64,000 nucleotides of DNA, from positions 74,834,001 to 74,898,000 of the forward strand of contig NC_043004.1 in NCBI RefSeq assembly GCF_006345805.1, in the 5' to 3' direction. The position numbers and the translations under genes were made by a program. Shown here one piece after another: positions 25,118 to 37,666 of the stretch (position 1 is its first letter; every line of letters starts with the position of its first letter). The stretch comes from Octopus sinensis. Taxonomy: Eukaryota. The notes beneath the pieces are model-generated. The model was not told the origin of the DNA and made no database searches. It saw nothing but the letters and a program-made list of their open reading frames with translations.

Positions 25118-26369
25118 TGGATGGATGGATAGATTGTATTGCTTCAATTAGCGCTCTAAATGCGTTCCTTAAAAAAATGCAGCGCTGAACGAGCCAGTGT
25201 TGTACGGGTCATTGTATCATCGGCTATTTTTAACAGTGATGCAAACTCAATGAAGCTAATAGACAGCATCACCAAGCGACTGATAAATCTAGAGCCATTG
25301 TAATGCACACATGAAGCATTTCTATCCTTATCTTTTACTGGTTTCAGCCCAGGGCTGAGGTCATGCTGGTGCACCACATGTAAGCTGGTCGCATACAATG
25401 TTTTGTTGTGTGTGCATAGTTATCTTAGAAAATAAGTGTTTAAGCAAACTTGCTCAGTCTCAATGACAAATACACAGGCCTGCTTTCCATTAATTCAGTT
25501 GAAAAATACCCGAGAGAAATAACGAAATACAAGAGGTTATATCTGGGTAGAAGTTGAGACTCTGGTTCTTCCTGGGTCGTTGGCTGTTTTACAAAGAATA
25601 CATCTTTTGTTGCCATTATATGCAAATGCATATTTAATACGTTCCGGTGGATTCGAACGTGAATATTCTAATTGCTGTAGATTCATCTCAGAAGTAGACT
25701 CTTGTTTATAGCTTCAACGCACAGAACTCTGTTGATGCATGTTGGTATCTACCAACCTTTAATAAATTGTCACGTAGCTTCGAACTCTCGTTCCATTCAT
25801 TAGTCCAATGGTACATTTGACTGATGAAACACAACAATGTCGAAATACCGATTGTCCCAGAGTCCCTCTTGCTAATGAATCAAGGGTTTATAAACACACA
25901 TTCATCGTAAAAAAAGAAGTCCTTCTCTTGGGAATAAATACAACATCGATTAGTATATTCACGTTCGAATTTACCGGAACCTTTATTTAAAATAATAGAA
26001 TAAAAATAAATATACAAGTCAATCGTTTTGATTATTGCAGTTCACCGTGAATATGACGATTTAATATCTACTGTTTACTTCGTTTTATTAAAACTTCTCT
26101 TATGAAGCAATGCACAATGGTATGATATCTCCTGTCTATGACTTGCTACTACCCTCCCAGTTGGGGCCATTTTAAGTAAACTGCTCCGTTATATCCACTA
26201 TCTTAGTAATATGCAATTAAGCCTCCATAAACTAGAAACCCTTAAACAAGTATTACCTTTACCGGAATTAGAAACCCTATAAAAGACAATCACGCAAACC
26301 TAGAAACTAAACAACCTTGTACTAAACAAGTTGATTACTACGAGAACTCTGTGTTGGTGAGGCATTCAG

Positions 26370-26790
26370 TAGTAAAAATTCTTCATAGTATTAGTAACTC
26401 TACATAAGTTCTTCATGGTTATTTTCCATAAATTTCAATATTTAACTCCAGCACTTCTTCAGCCGAGAGATTCTTCTATTAACCACAACTTCCACACAGT
26501 TTGTAGTTTTTTTTACTTCATCCCAACTATGTTATTTGATAGCTTCTGGTTCTATCACTTTGTCGAATTCAGAGAAATCCTTTCATGTTCTGTTCAGAAC
26601 TTCTAAATTTTGTTCATGCAATTTTCTATTATTTTGTCTCCTGTTACTTTGATATTTTCTATGAACTCCATAGCTTTCCCAAGAGGCTTTGGCGATGATA
26701 AATTTGTCCCAAACAACTATATCTGGCCTGTTATACTTACACTTTGTAGGGTTTTTTATGGAGAGGTTCCAATATGTATGCACATACGCA
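26370..26790 (-). mobile_element. Degenerate R4/Dong-clade LINE fragment (restriction-like endonuclease region)
   Basis: WNLSIKNPTKCKYNRPDIVVWDK matches the RLE ...NRPDI motif. Confidence 0.6.
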
Positions 26791-26804
26791 TGTATTTATT
26801 ATAT

Positions 26805-27205
26805 ATGTTTGTCTGTATGTACTTATGTCTGTGCAAGACCCTGCCTCAGTAAAGCTGGACTCAAGAGTCATCTTCGTAGTCATAAAGCTAGACAGATGAG
26901 TGACAACCTGGCCACTGGTGGTGGCGTTACACACCATACTAATCATATCTGTCAGGCATGTGGAAGAGAGTGTAATTCGGCAGGAGGACTTAAACGGCAT
27001 GCAAAGGTACATGAAGCCCAGTTACAAGTACAGCCGGCTATTACCAGTAAAGGTTTTAGTTGCCAATTTTGTACAAGACATTGTAGATCTTTGGCTGAGC
27101 TAAAAAGTCACTTTGGATCACAGCACCAATAACAATTAAGCTTCGTGCTACGGCCATACTCGATAACGAGGGGCAGCCCCCATGTACTTATGTATGTGTG
27201 TGTTT
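26805..27205 (+). mobile_element. Probable 3' end of an RTE-like LINE encoding three C2H2 zinc fingers
   Basis: CARPCLSKAGLKSHLRSH, CQACGRECNSAGGLKRHAKVH, CQFCTRHCRSLAELKSH. Followed by ggccatactcgataacgaggggcagcc and a (TATG) tail. No TGEKP linkers or evident splice context. Confidence 0.6.
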
Positions 27206-28239
27206 ATGAGTATACAAATGTATTTAAGACATGTAGTATAGTATTGATGTTCACTGTATCCAATTATTTTATGTAAATTGTCGATAAAATACTTTAGGAA
27301 ACATTGTAGAATAGATATTAAAATCATAGCAAACCATTTATTGATCTTGGGTTCGATTTTTATTTGTTTGGTTGTTTTATGAGTAATTAACCTTTGAAAA
27401 GACATGAGCCTCAAAAATGCCCATCCCACGCCATGTGAGATCAATAATGCTGATCGGCCATTCAAGAATATTTATGATCACGAAAGATCAATATTTGGAC
27501 CCTATTTTGTCACGTAATTATATTTTTCTATTTACTTATAAATTAATCTTAACCTTTAGTTGAACCGCCCTTGTGAGATAAAAAGCTTTGATTTCTTTTT
27601 CTTAATGTTTGCTCTGCCTTTGGTTTGCTTAAATTGTGCTTCTTTCACACCGCAACAAGGAGAAATGTAAAAGCTACAAAGGAAAGATAAAATGTACTAA
27701 AATCTAGTCAGTTACAAAATGGTTGCAAATAGCCTATGAAAGGACTCTAACAAACCACACTAAACGATTGATTAACAGAATGATTAATCAATCAATCGAT
27801 TAGTTAATTGGTTTAATAGTTAACCAATTAACAAATGAATCATAGAGAAGTGAAATCGAACCAGTGAATGTGTTTAGTATTGGTAAAACTTTTCTACACA
27901 GGAGTTCACATCAAGAATCTTGCAAACCATACGCGAAAACGAAATATTTTAATTTAAACAACTATATTAATAATCTTTAATCCGTCACCATAGTTACCAC
28001 CTCCGTCTCTTACCTTGTATATCCTTATCGGATTCCCCTCTGTTGTAAGCATTCAGTCCAAGTCCCCGGTTTATATATATCTTCTTTCTTTTCCTCCCAC
28101 CAGTCCCGAAGGCTATGAAATTAAAAAAACAACCGTGTTTTCTTCCGCTAACTTTTTTCCTCAAACCCCGAGACTCATGAGGTCAATTAACCGGTTTCCA
28201 CGGTGGCAAATATCTAAAACTACTGGCAATCCGTTGGCT

Positions 28240-28525
28240 ACAACGAAGTGGGTTCCAGTTGATCCAATCAATGGAACAGCCTGCTCGTGAAATTAACGTG
28301 CAAGCGACTGAGTACACTACAGACACGCGTACCCTTAACGTAGTTCTCGAGAAGATTCAGCATGACACGGAATGTTACAAAGCCGGCCGTTTGAAATACA
28401 AGTACTACTCATTTTTGCCAGCTGAGTCAACTGGAGCAACGTGAAATACGTGTCACCAGAAATTGAACTCACAACTTTATCATCGTGAGCCTAATACCCT
28501 AACGACTAAGCCACGCGCCTTCACG
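28240..28525 (+). mobile_element. Additional SINE-like repeat fragment
   Basis: gatccaatcaatggaacagcctgctcgtgaaattaacgtgcaag..actgagtacact is shared with 22310-22400. The ggagcaacgtgaaat...ccctaac.actaagccac part is related to 36500-36635 and 56870-56990. Confidence 0.65.
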
Positions 28526-29366
28526 TAAAGGTGCGTAGTAGCGAATATAAGTAACTGAGATCGCAACATTTCCTCTGATCGAGCCCCAGTCTGTGACAGA
28601 ATTGAAGACCAGCAATTTTGAGGGTAGATTACAAGTTGACTCCAGTACCTGACTTGTACTTTATTCTTTCGAAGGAAAGAAAGGCAAAGTTGACCTTGGC
28701 GGTATTCGAACTCAGAACGTACAGATCCCGAAGAAATTGCCACTAGGCATGTTGTCCGACGTGTTAACGATTCTACCTGCTCGCCGCCTTTCTTCCTCTG
28801 ACTAAGCCATAGAGGCTGTTTAATATAATTTTTTTATGGTTTGTGAGAAATATCACTTTTCGTTTTGTTACATACTATAGCATGTTATACACGGCCGCAG
28901 TCAAATGGTTGAAACAAATAAAAGATATAAAAATAATAAGCCAGAAGAAATATTGCAAGACCTAAGGATTTTGCCATCCAAATAATGGTTTCTTATTTAG
29001 AAAAAAATGGCCAGAAATTTTAATTGGAGCGGAAGAGTCGATATCATCCTCCTCAATATTTAACTGGTACTTCTTTCATCGATCCATGGAGGAATAAAAG
29101 GCAAAGTTAAGCTGGGCGAGTTTCTAATATAGGCACAGCAACACAAATTCTGTGGACTGAGGTGAGGTATAGTCGATTATATCGATCTCTCTATGTGACT
29201 GCTGCTTATTTTCTTTACTCAAAATATGCAAAAGGGAAAATCGATTTTGACAGTTTATGAAGTCAGATACCAAAACTGACGTTACTAAATATCAGAAGTA
29301 ATTTTATCCGCCACTCTAATGATTTTACCAGTCCACCGATTAATGATATCCGTGATTAATGATATC

Positions 29367-30437
29367 GGCGAGCTGGCAGAATCGTTAGCACGTCGGGTGA
29401 AATGCCTAGCGGTATTTCGTCTGCCGTTACGTTCTGAGTTCAAATTCCGCCGAGGTCGACTTTGCCTTTCATCCTTTTGGGGTCGATTAAATAAGTACCA
29501 GTTACGCACTGGGGTCGATATAATCGACTTAATCCATTTGTCCGTCCTTGTTTGTCCTCTCTGTGTTTAGCCCCTTGTGGGTAGTAAAGAAATAGATATC
29601 TGTGTTATTATATTTATTTCTTTATTGCCCACAGAAGGCTAAATATAGAGGGGACAAACAAGGACAAAGGGATTAAGTCGATTACATCAACCTCAGTGCA
29701 TGACGGGTACTTATCTAATACATCCTGGAAGGATGAACGGCAAAGTCGACCTCGGCGGAATTTGAACTCAGAACGTAACGGCAGTGGAAATGCCTATTTC
29801 TTTACTACAAACAAGGGCTAAACACAGAGGGGGCAGACAATGACAGGCACGGATGAAGTCGATTATATCGACGCCAATGCGTAACTGGTACTTATTTAAT
29901 CGACCCTGAAAGGATGAAAGGCAAAGTCGACCTCAGCGGAATTTGAACTTAGAACGTAGTGGCAGGAGAAATACCGCTAGGCATTTCGCCCGGCGTGCTA
30001 ACGTTTCTGCCAACTCCCCGCCCTTCTGTGTTATATTTATTTCTTTATTGCCCACAGTGGGGAGGGATAAACATAGAGGGGCCAAACAAGGACAGACAAA
30101 GGGATTAAGTCGATTACATCGACTCCAATGCGTGACTGGTACTTATTTAATTGACCCCGAAAGGATGAAAGGCAAACTCGACCTCTGCGAAATTTGAACT
30201 CAGAACGTAGCGGAAGGCGAAATACCTATTTCTTTACTACCCACAAGGGGACAAACACAGAGAGGACAAACAAGGACAGACATAGGTATTAAGTCGATTA
30301 TATCGAATCAGTGCGTTACTGGTACTTATTTAATTGCACCCGAAAGGATGAAAGGCAAAGTCGACCTCGGCATAATTTGAACTCAAAACGTAACGGCAGA
30401 CGAAATACAGCTACGCATTCCGCCCGGCGTGCTAACG
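29367..30437. mobile_element. Cluster of five SINE B units (one +, two - dimers)
   Basis: Repeated family-B units separated by copies of tctgtgtta(tta)tatt. Confidence 0.9.
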
Positions 30438-30927
30438 TTTCTGCCAGCTCATCGCCTTTCTGTGTTATTATATTAACTAATTGATTCATATGGAGTTTTC
30501 TGTAAACTCCCATCTTACGTAAACTTTCATTGTTTCTCGTGTTTCAGTAAGATAGCTCATGGTTTCTTCTGTATTTCTCCTATTTCTGACATTTAAACAT
30601 TTACTTTGGTATTGTGTAGTTATCTCTCCCCGCTCGTTCGTGAAATATTTAAATTTATTCTGTATTTCACAAACGCTTGAGAAATACAGAAAGGTTTTAG
30701 TAAAACAAACAAACTCAACGCTATTACTTATTTTTTTGCATCTGCTACATAGTCTATCCGTCACACTTGCCGAACTTCTAAGTTACGTGCACACAAACAA
30801 GACAACATCTGTTGTTATCAAGCAGTTAAGGAGGACAGCACAAAGACAAACGCAAATGTGTGCGTGTCTCTGTGTTTGTGTGTCTGTGTTGTCCTCTTCA
30901 ACTGTTTGATAACAGCAGGTGTTGGTT

Positions 30928-31051
<124 letters not shown>

Positions 31052-31173
31052 AGATAAAGTAGCCAAATTTTAGAAATTTCGCTACCAGCGGTCCACCATG
31101 TATAAAAAGTCAATATACAACTTATTTTCCATAAATGTACACTAATTTTATACATACATATATATATATCGTA

Positions 31174-31226
<53 letters not shown>

Positions 31227-31248
31227 CATATATATATGATATATATTA

Positions 31249-31289
<41 letters not shown>

Positions 31290-31310
31290 GTATGTATATA
31301 TATGTATGTG

Positions 31311-31343
<33 letters not shown>

Positions 31344-32334
31344 CAGTTTCTGTCAACCAAATTCACTTAGAAGGGCATTGATCTGTGGGGCATTCCTTTT
31401 ATCTAGAGACTAGAGCCAACCTCTAACAACAACAACAACAACAACAACCTAATAGCAGTTGTAATTGATTGTCAAATTCAATGTTGACAAAACTTCATTG
31501 TAGGTTTCTTGCATATTTGACATCTTGTCATAAATATTATTTATTTATGTCTAAGCTGTAATTGTCATCCAGAGCTCTGAATTTCAAAATGACCTTCATT
31601 GTCATCATCATCATCATCATCATTTTCTATGCTTGTATGGGCTGGACGATTTCACTGGAGTAAGCAAGCCAAAGGACTGCACCATTCTCTACTGTCCCCT
31701 TTTGCATGGTCTCCATGGCTGGATGCCCTTTCTAATGCCAACCACTTTACAAGGTGTACTGAGTGCTTTTTCACATGGGGTCAGCACCAGCAATATCACC
31801 AAGCAGCTTGCAAAGAACCCTCAGGTGAGAGTAGAAATGGTATTGAGAGAGGTAGCTTTATATACCAGGTGATGAGAGGTTAAACTATGATACAGATAAA
31901 ATTTTGCTGTAGAAAAGATACACAGTTACTCCACACAGAGAGGGGGAGAGAGAGAGAGAGTGAGAAAGAGAGAAAGTGAGAAAGAGAGAAAGTGAGAAAG
32001 AGAGAAAGTGAGAGACAGAGAAAGAGATAGAGAGTCTATTTTATTTATTTATTTTCGGTGAACAGTAGTGTCATTGGTTGTGGCTATCAAACCGTCCAGC
32101 CACTGGTTTGCTACATTTCCAATGGCCATGTTGAGAGGAGCGAATGAGTTTCTATGTAAATGAGTAATGAGCAAATATGAACAGAAGTTTTCCATTTGAA
32201 GGGTACTTGTTGTATAGTTTATCCCCTGATCTTTATATCTTTGGCCTATATACAGAGGCAAAAGACACACACATGCACTTGCATATACATCCAGTTAACA
32301 GGTGGGATATTCCATTCTGTATACAGTAGATTAC

Positions 32335-32740
32335 TCTCTTTACTCTTTTACTTGTTTCAGTCATTTGACTGTGGCCATACTGGAGCACTGCCTTTAGTCG
32401 AGCAAATCGACCCCAGGACTTATTCTTTGTAAGCCTAGTACTTATTCTATCGGCCTCTTTTACCGAACCGCTAAGTTACGGGGATGTAAACACACCAACA
32501 TTGGTTGTCAAGCGATATTGGGGGAACAAACATAGATATACAAACACACATACACATATATATACATATACATATATTCGACGGGCTTCTTTCAGTTTCC
32601 ATCTACCAAATCCACTCACAAGGCTTTGGTCGGCCCGAGGCTATAGTAGAAGACACTAGCCCAAGGTGCCACACAGTGAGACTGAACCCGGAACCATGTG
32701 ATTGGTAAGCCGACTACTTACCATACAGCCACTCCTGCAT
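32335..32740 (-). mobile_element. SINE family A, full length
   Basis: Reverse-complement match along the whole length. Further copies at ~19220-19505, 34777-35208 (+), 38670-39080 (-), 54640-55045 (-) and 56290-56680 (-). Confidence 0.9.
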
Positions 32741-33201
32741 CTAGATTCCTAATTTTTTTTAAATTTCCTTTTGAGTGAAAGACAAAAATGAAAAATCTAA
32801 ATGACAATTATTAGTGAATCTCATAAGGAAAAGGAGATAATTTCAATACATTAAGTATAATGATTTGGGGTTAATTTACATGCTTAGGGAAAAGACTATC
32901 AGGTCTTTATTGCAGACTAGGACTGACTATACACACACACAGACACGATTGGCTTCCTATAGTTTCTGTCTATAAATTCCACTCACAATGCATTGGTCAA
33001 CCTGTGGCTATAGTGATGACACTTGCCCAAGGTACCATGTAATGAGACTGAACCTAAGTCCTGGTGATATGTAACTGCAAAGCAAATTTCTTTTTCACAT
33101 TTCTATACATATGATACCATTAGAACTGAACTTTTAATCTACTGATCATTGAAAGGTGTTGTCATATGTAAAGGTGAAGGTTTAATTAACTTTATTAGTT
33201 T

Positions 33202-33770
33202 TATTGGGTTGTCCAGAAAGTCCGTGCCAATTTTGAAGGAAAGAAAAAGGTCAATAAATACTTGCCATTACATTTTTAATCAACCAAATATAAAACATTT
33301 TGTTGCACAATGCATCTCCATCTTTCCTTTAACTTGAAAATATACTCTTCCCAGAATTGAGGTGGTTTCATGGCAAATAATTCATCAAGGTATCTTTTTA
33401 TATCATCCAAGGAATTGAAATTTTTACCATCAAGACTATTCTGCAGAGACCTGAATAAGTGGAAATCTGAAGGAGCAATATCTGGTGAATATGGAGGGTG
33501 GGGTAACACATCCCAGCTGAGCTGCAGCAATTTTTGTTTGGTTCCCAAAGCATCAAGTGCCGAAAATGAGCTTTCTTATCTTCCATTTTAAAGGGTTACA
33601 GAATTAATAAAGGTTATAGGAACATAAACCTTCTTCCATGAAAAGATAGCTTAAACTGTGCTCTAAATGGAGGTGTAGTCAAATCCTATTTTATGGACTC
33701 AGCCATGTTCTAAAATAAGTTGAAATGTAAGCTACTATAAATTAGCACGAACTTTCCAGACAACCCAATA
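33202..33770 (-). mobile_element. Internally deleted mariner
   Basis: TIRs tattgggttgtccagaaagtccgtgc / gcacgaactttccagacaacccaata. N-terminal MEDKKAHFRHLML is joined to WDVLPHPPYSPDIAPSDFHLFRSLQN. Confidence 0.92.
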
Positions 33771-34029
33771 TTTTTGTCATCAGGGAAATAATCACAAACG
33801 AAGCTAAGGAGTAATTGTAAATAAACAAAAGGCTGTTCTTTTTACCCAGACAGAAGTAATTGTAGCCTTGTTGATCAATTGTTTTTTTGTTGTTGTTTAG
33901 CAAGGCACTCCTGGCAATTATGTAGTCGTTTCAGCAACTATGACCTAGAGAGACAGTATTCCAGCCATGCAAGGAGGCTAGTGGAGGATCTTACTGTGAG
34001 GATTTATAAGTTGATTGTTAGTGGATTAT

Positions 34030-34378
34030 ATGAGGTTTATATGAAGATATATTGAGATTATATATAGAATGTACATGGATTAGAATTAGACAATATACAA
34101 AATACATGGATTAAATAGTACCTACATGTAGATTTAGTGTGGATGATACACGACTTGTATGTGGATTAGATGTGAATTAGTAAAGTATATAGATTATATG
34201 TGGATTATATGAGGATTATATTGAGATTTATATAGACTGTATGTGGATTAGATGTAGACAATATACAAAATACATGGATTAAATAGTACCTGCATGTAGA
34301 TTTAGTGTGGATGATACATGACTTGTATGTGGATTAGATGTGAATTAGTAAAGTATATAGATTATATGTGGATTATAC
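34030..34378. repeat. Tandem duplication (~170-bp unit) built from ATGTGGATTA(G/T) subrepeats
   Basis: agacaatatacaaaatacatggattaaatagtacct.catgtagatttagtgtggatgatac occurs twice. Confidence 0.9.
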
Positions 34379-37300
34379 TGGGTTTGTGCATGGTAGTTTT
34401 GCCTGTTGTTTTATTGGCCCTTAATCCTTTCAGTTCTGTATGTCTGTTAGGTTCAGGTGGGGGTTACCAGAAAGACAATTACTGGTAAAAACGTCAATAT
34501 AAGACTGTGATAACCTGGATGCACAGCAGTGATGAAATGGATATAAAAACTATAAAAAAGCTATATATAACAATGATCAAAAGATATGCAACAGTTTTAT
34601 AACAGATATAAATCGGTGTGATAAAATGATACAAAACTGTGATAAAAGCAGATGTACAAAAGTAATAAAGCCATAATACAACCATAATGAAATGGTTATA
34701 AAACTGTGATAAAGAAATATATAACAGGGAAGACATATGTTCCAAAGGAAAGAAAATTTGATCAAATCACATAATAGCACAGGTGTGCTGTGTGGTAAGA
34801 AGCTTGCTTCTCAATCCCATGATTCTGTTCAGTCCCACTGCATGGCACCTTAGGCAAATGTCTTCTACTATAGCCTTGCACCAACCTAAGCCTGGTGAGT
34901 GGATTTGTAGACAGAAACTGAAAGAAGCCTGTCTTATATATATATATATAGATATAAACTCATATACATACATATGGTAAATATTGGTTGTGTGTCTGTG
35001 TTTGTCACCCCCACTATCACTTGACAACTGATGTTGGTGTGTTTAGTCCCCGTAACTTAGGGGTGGTTCACAAAAAGAGCCGATAGAATAACTACTAGGC
35101 TTACAAAGATAAATCCGGGGGTCAATTCATTCAACTAAATTGGGTGCTCCAGCATGGCCATAAGCAAATGACTGAAACAAGTAAAAGAGCAAAAAGTGTA
35201 AAAGAGTAACAGGGTTGTCTCTTAAAATCAGATCTGCAATTAATAACTTGGTTGTTTCATATTTAAATTGTTAACCACACTTAGCTAAGCTTTTTATGCA
35301 TCTATTTTGCATCTATTTTGCCAAACGGATTAAGTCGATTACATCAACCCAGTGCGTAACTGGTACTTAATTTATCGACCCTAAAAGATGAAAGGCAAAG
35401 TCGACCTTGGCGGAATTTGAACTCAGAACATAAAAACAGACGAAATACCGCTCAGCATTTCACCTGGCATTCTAACGTTCTGCCAGCTCACTGCCTTCTC
35501 AAATACTTTTCCTCCTGCTCAGTCAAAAGGGCTTTTTTATGATTTTTTCTCTCTCCTATAATTTACATGACAACCTCACTAGTGCTGGTGCTATGTAAAA
35601 AGCACCCACTACACACTATAAAGTGGTTGGCATAAGGAAGGGCATCCAGCCATAAAAACCAGGCAAAGCCGACATTCAAGACTGATGCAACCCCCGCAGC
35701 TCCCGAGAGTTGAAAGTTCAAAGGATATCAGGGGAGCTGCGGGGTTGCATCATCATTTGTGACAATAAAGAAATAGGGAAAGTATTTGAGAGGGGGATGT
35801 AACTTTATGCTGGGTGTTGAGAAGTTAAAGTATGAACAAAGAATGGCCACTGGCCTTTTGTTATGAAAACCTTACATTATATACAGGTCGGTGGGAGTTG
35901 CTGGAGAAATGACAAAAGTGGTAGAGATGGGGCGACAAATCTTTTCTCAATGATTTTACATCTCATACCGGTTAGAATTGTTTCATTGTTATTGTTGTTA
36001 ACAGTTGAGGTGGTGAGGGAGGGGCATGAAAATATATTTCTATCCAAAGGCCCTTGTTTTATAACAGAGATCAATATTTTAGAATCTATGCAATATCTTT
36101 AAGCTACAGTCATCCTATCTTGTTAAACACCTTATACTAAAGTATCACGATTGACTGCTAGCTCCAAAAGTTTTTTTTTCTCTCTCTGTCTATTTACATG
36201 TTCCTTTCCGTTAAAGAGCGTAGACTCAAAAACATAAAGAGCTTCTCACCTTCCCGAGTGTTAACTAATATACCTGTTTGTTGTTTATACACCTGTCTTC
36301 CTGTCTTCATCTTTTGTTTTCTGTAAATTTCAGCTATTGCTTTGATAATTGCTTTTATAGATTAGTTTAGATTAGATTCTGCTGTAAAAGTAATGTCTCA
36401 AGTTCTAGGACTCATAGGGCCACTTGCCTGTGTTCCGTGGTGTATCAATGATCAAGGTCACAAACGACCCCTCTGAACAGGACGCCAGTCTGTCACATTT
36501 TCGGATGACTGAACTGAAGCAATGTGAAATGAAATGGTTTCACTCAGATCACAAGCACTACATGGTTCAGGAATTTGAAACACACAATCTTGCAATAGTG
36601 AGTGCAACACCCTAAACCCCAACCACTAGGCCACATTTCATCTTAGTTTCTTCTTCACTGATATCATGAAAAAAAAGTGGGGGATTATGGTTTACCGTTA
36701 ACTGCAGTTATTTTCCCCAACATGTTCTTATCTAGTCAGACAGCGAGAGAAACAAGGTCTTGTTTTGACATACACTCGCTTTCAACTCAATTAACTTTTA
36801 GTGAAATACCAGCAAACTTAATTAGGAGAGGTTTCGTTTTTTTTTTTATTTGTCTTTTCTCTGAACTCATCTAATTAAAAATTTCAACATTCAATTTATT
36901 TGCAAATTCTAGAGACTTTGTTTAGAGATTATTTTTGTGTTGACATCATAAAGTTAAAGAAGTGAGGTGAGGAGTTGGAAGGGGAGTGGAAAAATGGTTA
37001 CAATTTGCTGTTTGTTTAATAGGTTTTTTTAATAAACAATGTCAAGATGAAATCTCATGTAAAAATGGCAGCAAGCTGGCAGAAATGTTAGCACGCTGGG
37101 TGAAAATGCTTAGCAGTATTTCGTCTGTCTTTACGTTCTGAGTTCAAATTCCACCAAGGTCAACTTTGCCTTTCATTCTTTCAAGGTCGATAAATAAAGT
37201 ACCAGTTGCGTACTGGGGTTGATCTAATAGACTGGCCCCCTCCCCAAAAATTTCGGGCCTTGTGCCTAGAGTAGAAAAGAAAACTAAAGTATAAGTTACT

Positions 37301-37620
37301 TTCTATCTTTCTACATTTGCCCTGCTTTTTATTTTGTTTCGTTCAATGGACAGTGGTGATGCTGGTCTGGGAGAACTAACACAGGCACAAATGCATACAC
37401 ACACTATATTTAAACATATATATATATGTGTATATATATATATATATTATTATTATATTATTATTATTAATATCAGAAAATCAATATTAGAAAATTCTTC
37501 AGAAAGATATATACATGTGTAAAGTATATAAGAATATATTAACTAAAGATATATATATATATATGTCTTTAGTTAAATATATTCTTATATACTTATATAT
37601 ATATATATTTATATACTCAG

Positions 37621-37666
<46 letters not shown>

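Noticed and set aside
26689-27132. 147-aa ORF as a standalone ZNF gene
   Set aside because: Its N-terminus is antisense Dong remnant plus microsatellite, and the finger part has a retroposon-type tail; treated as a LINE fragment.
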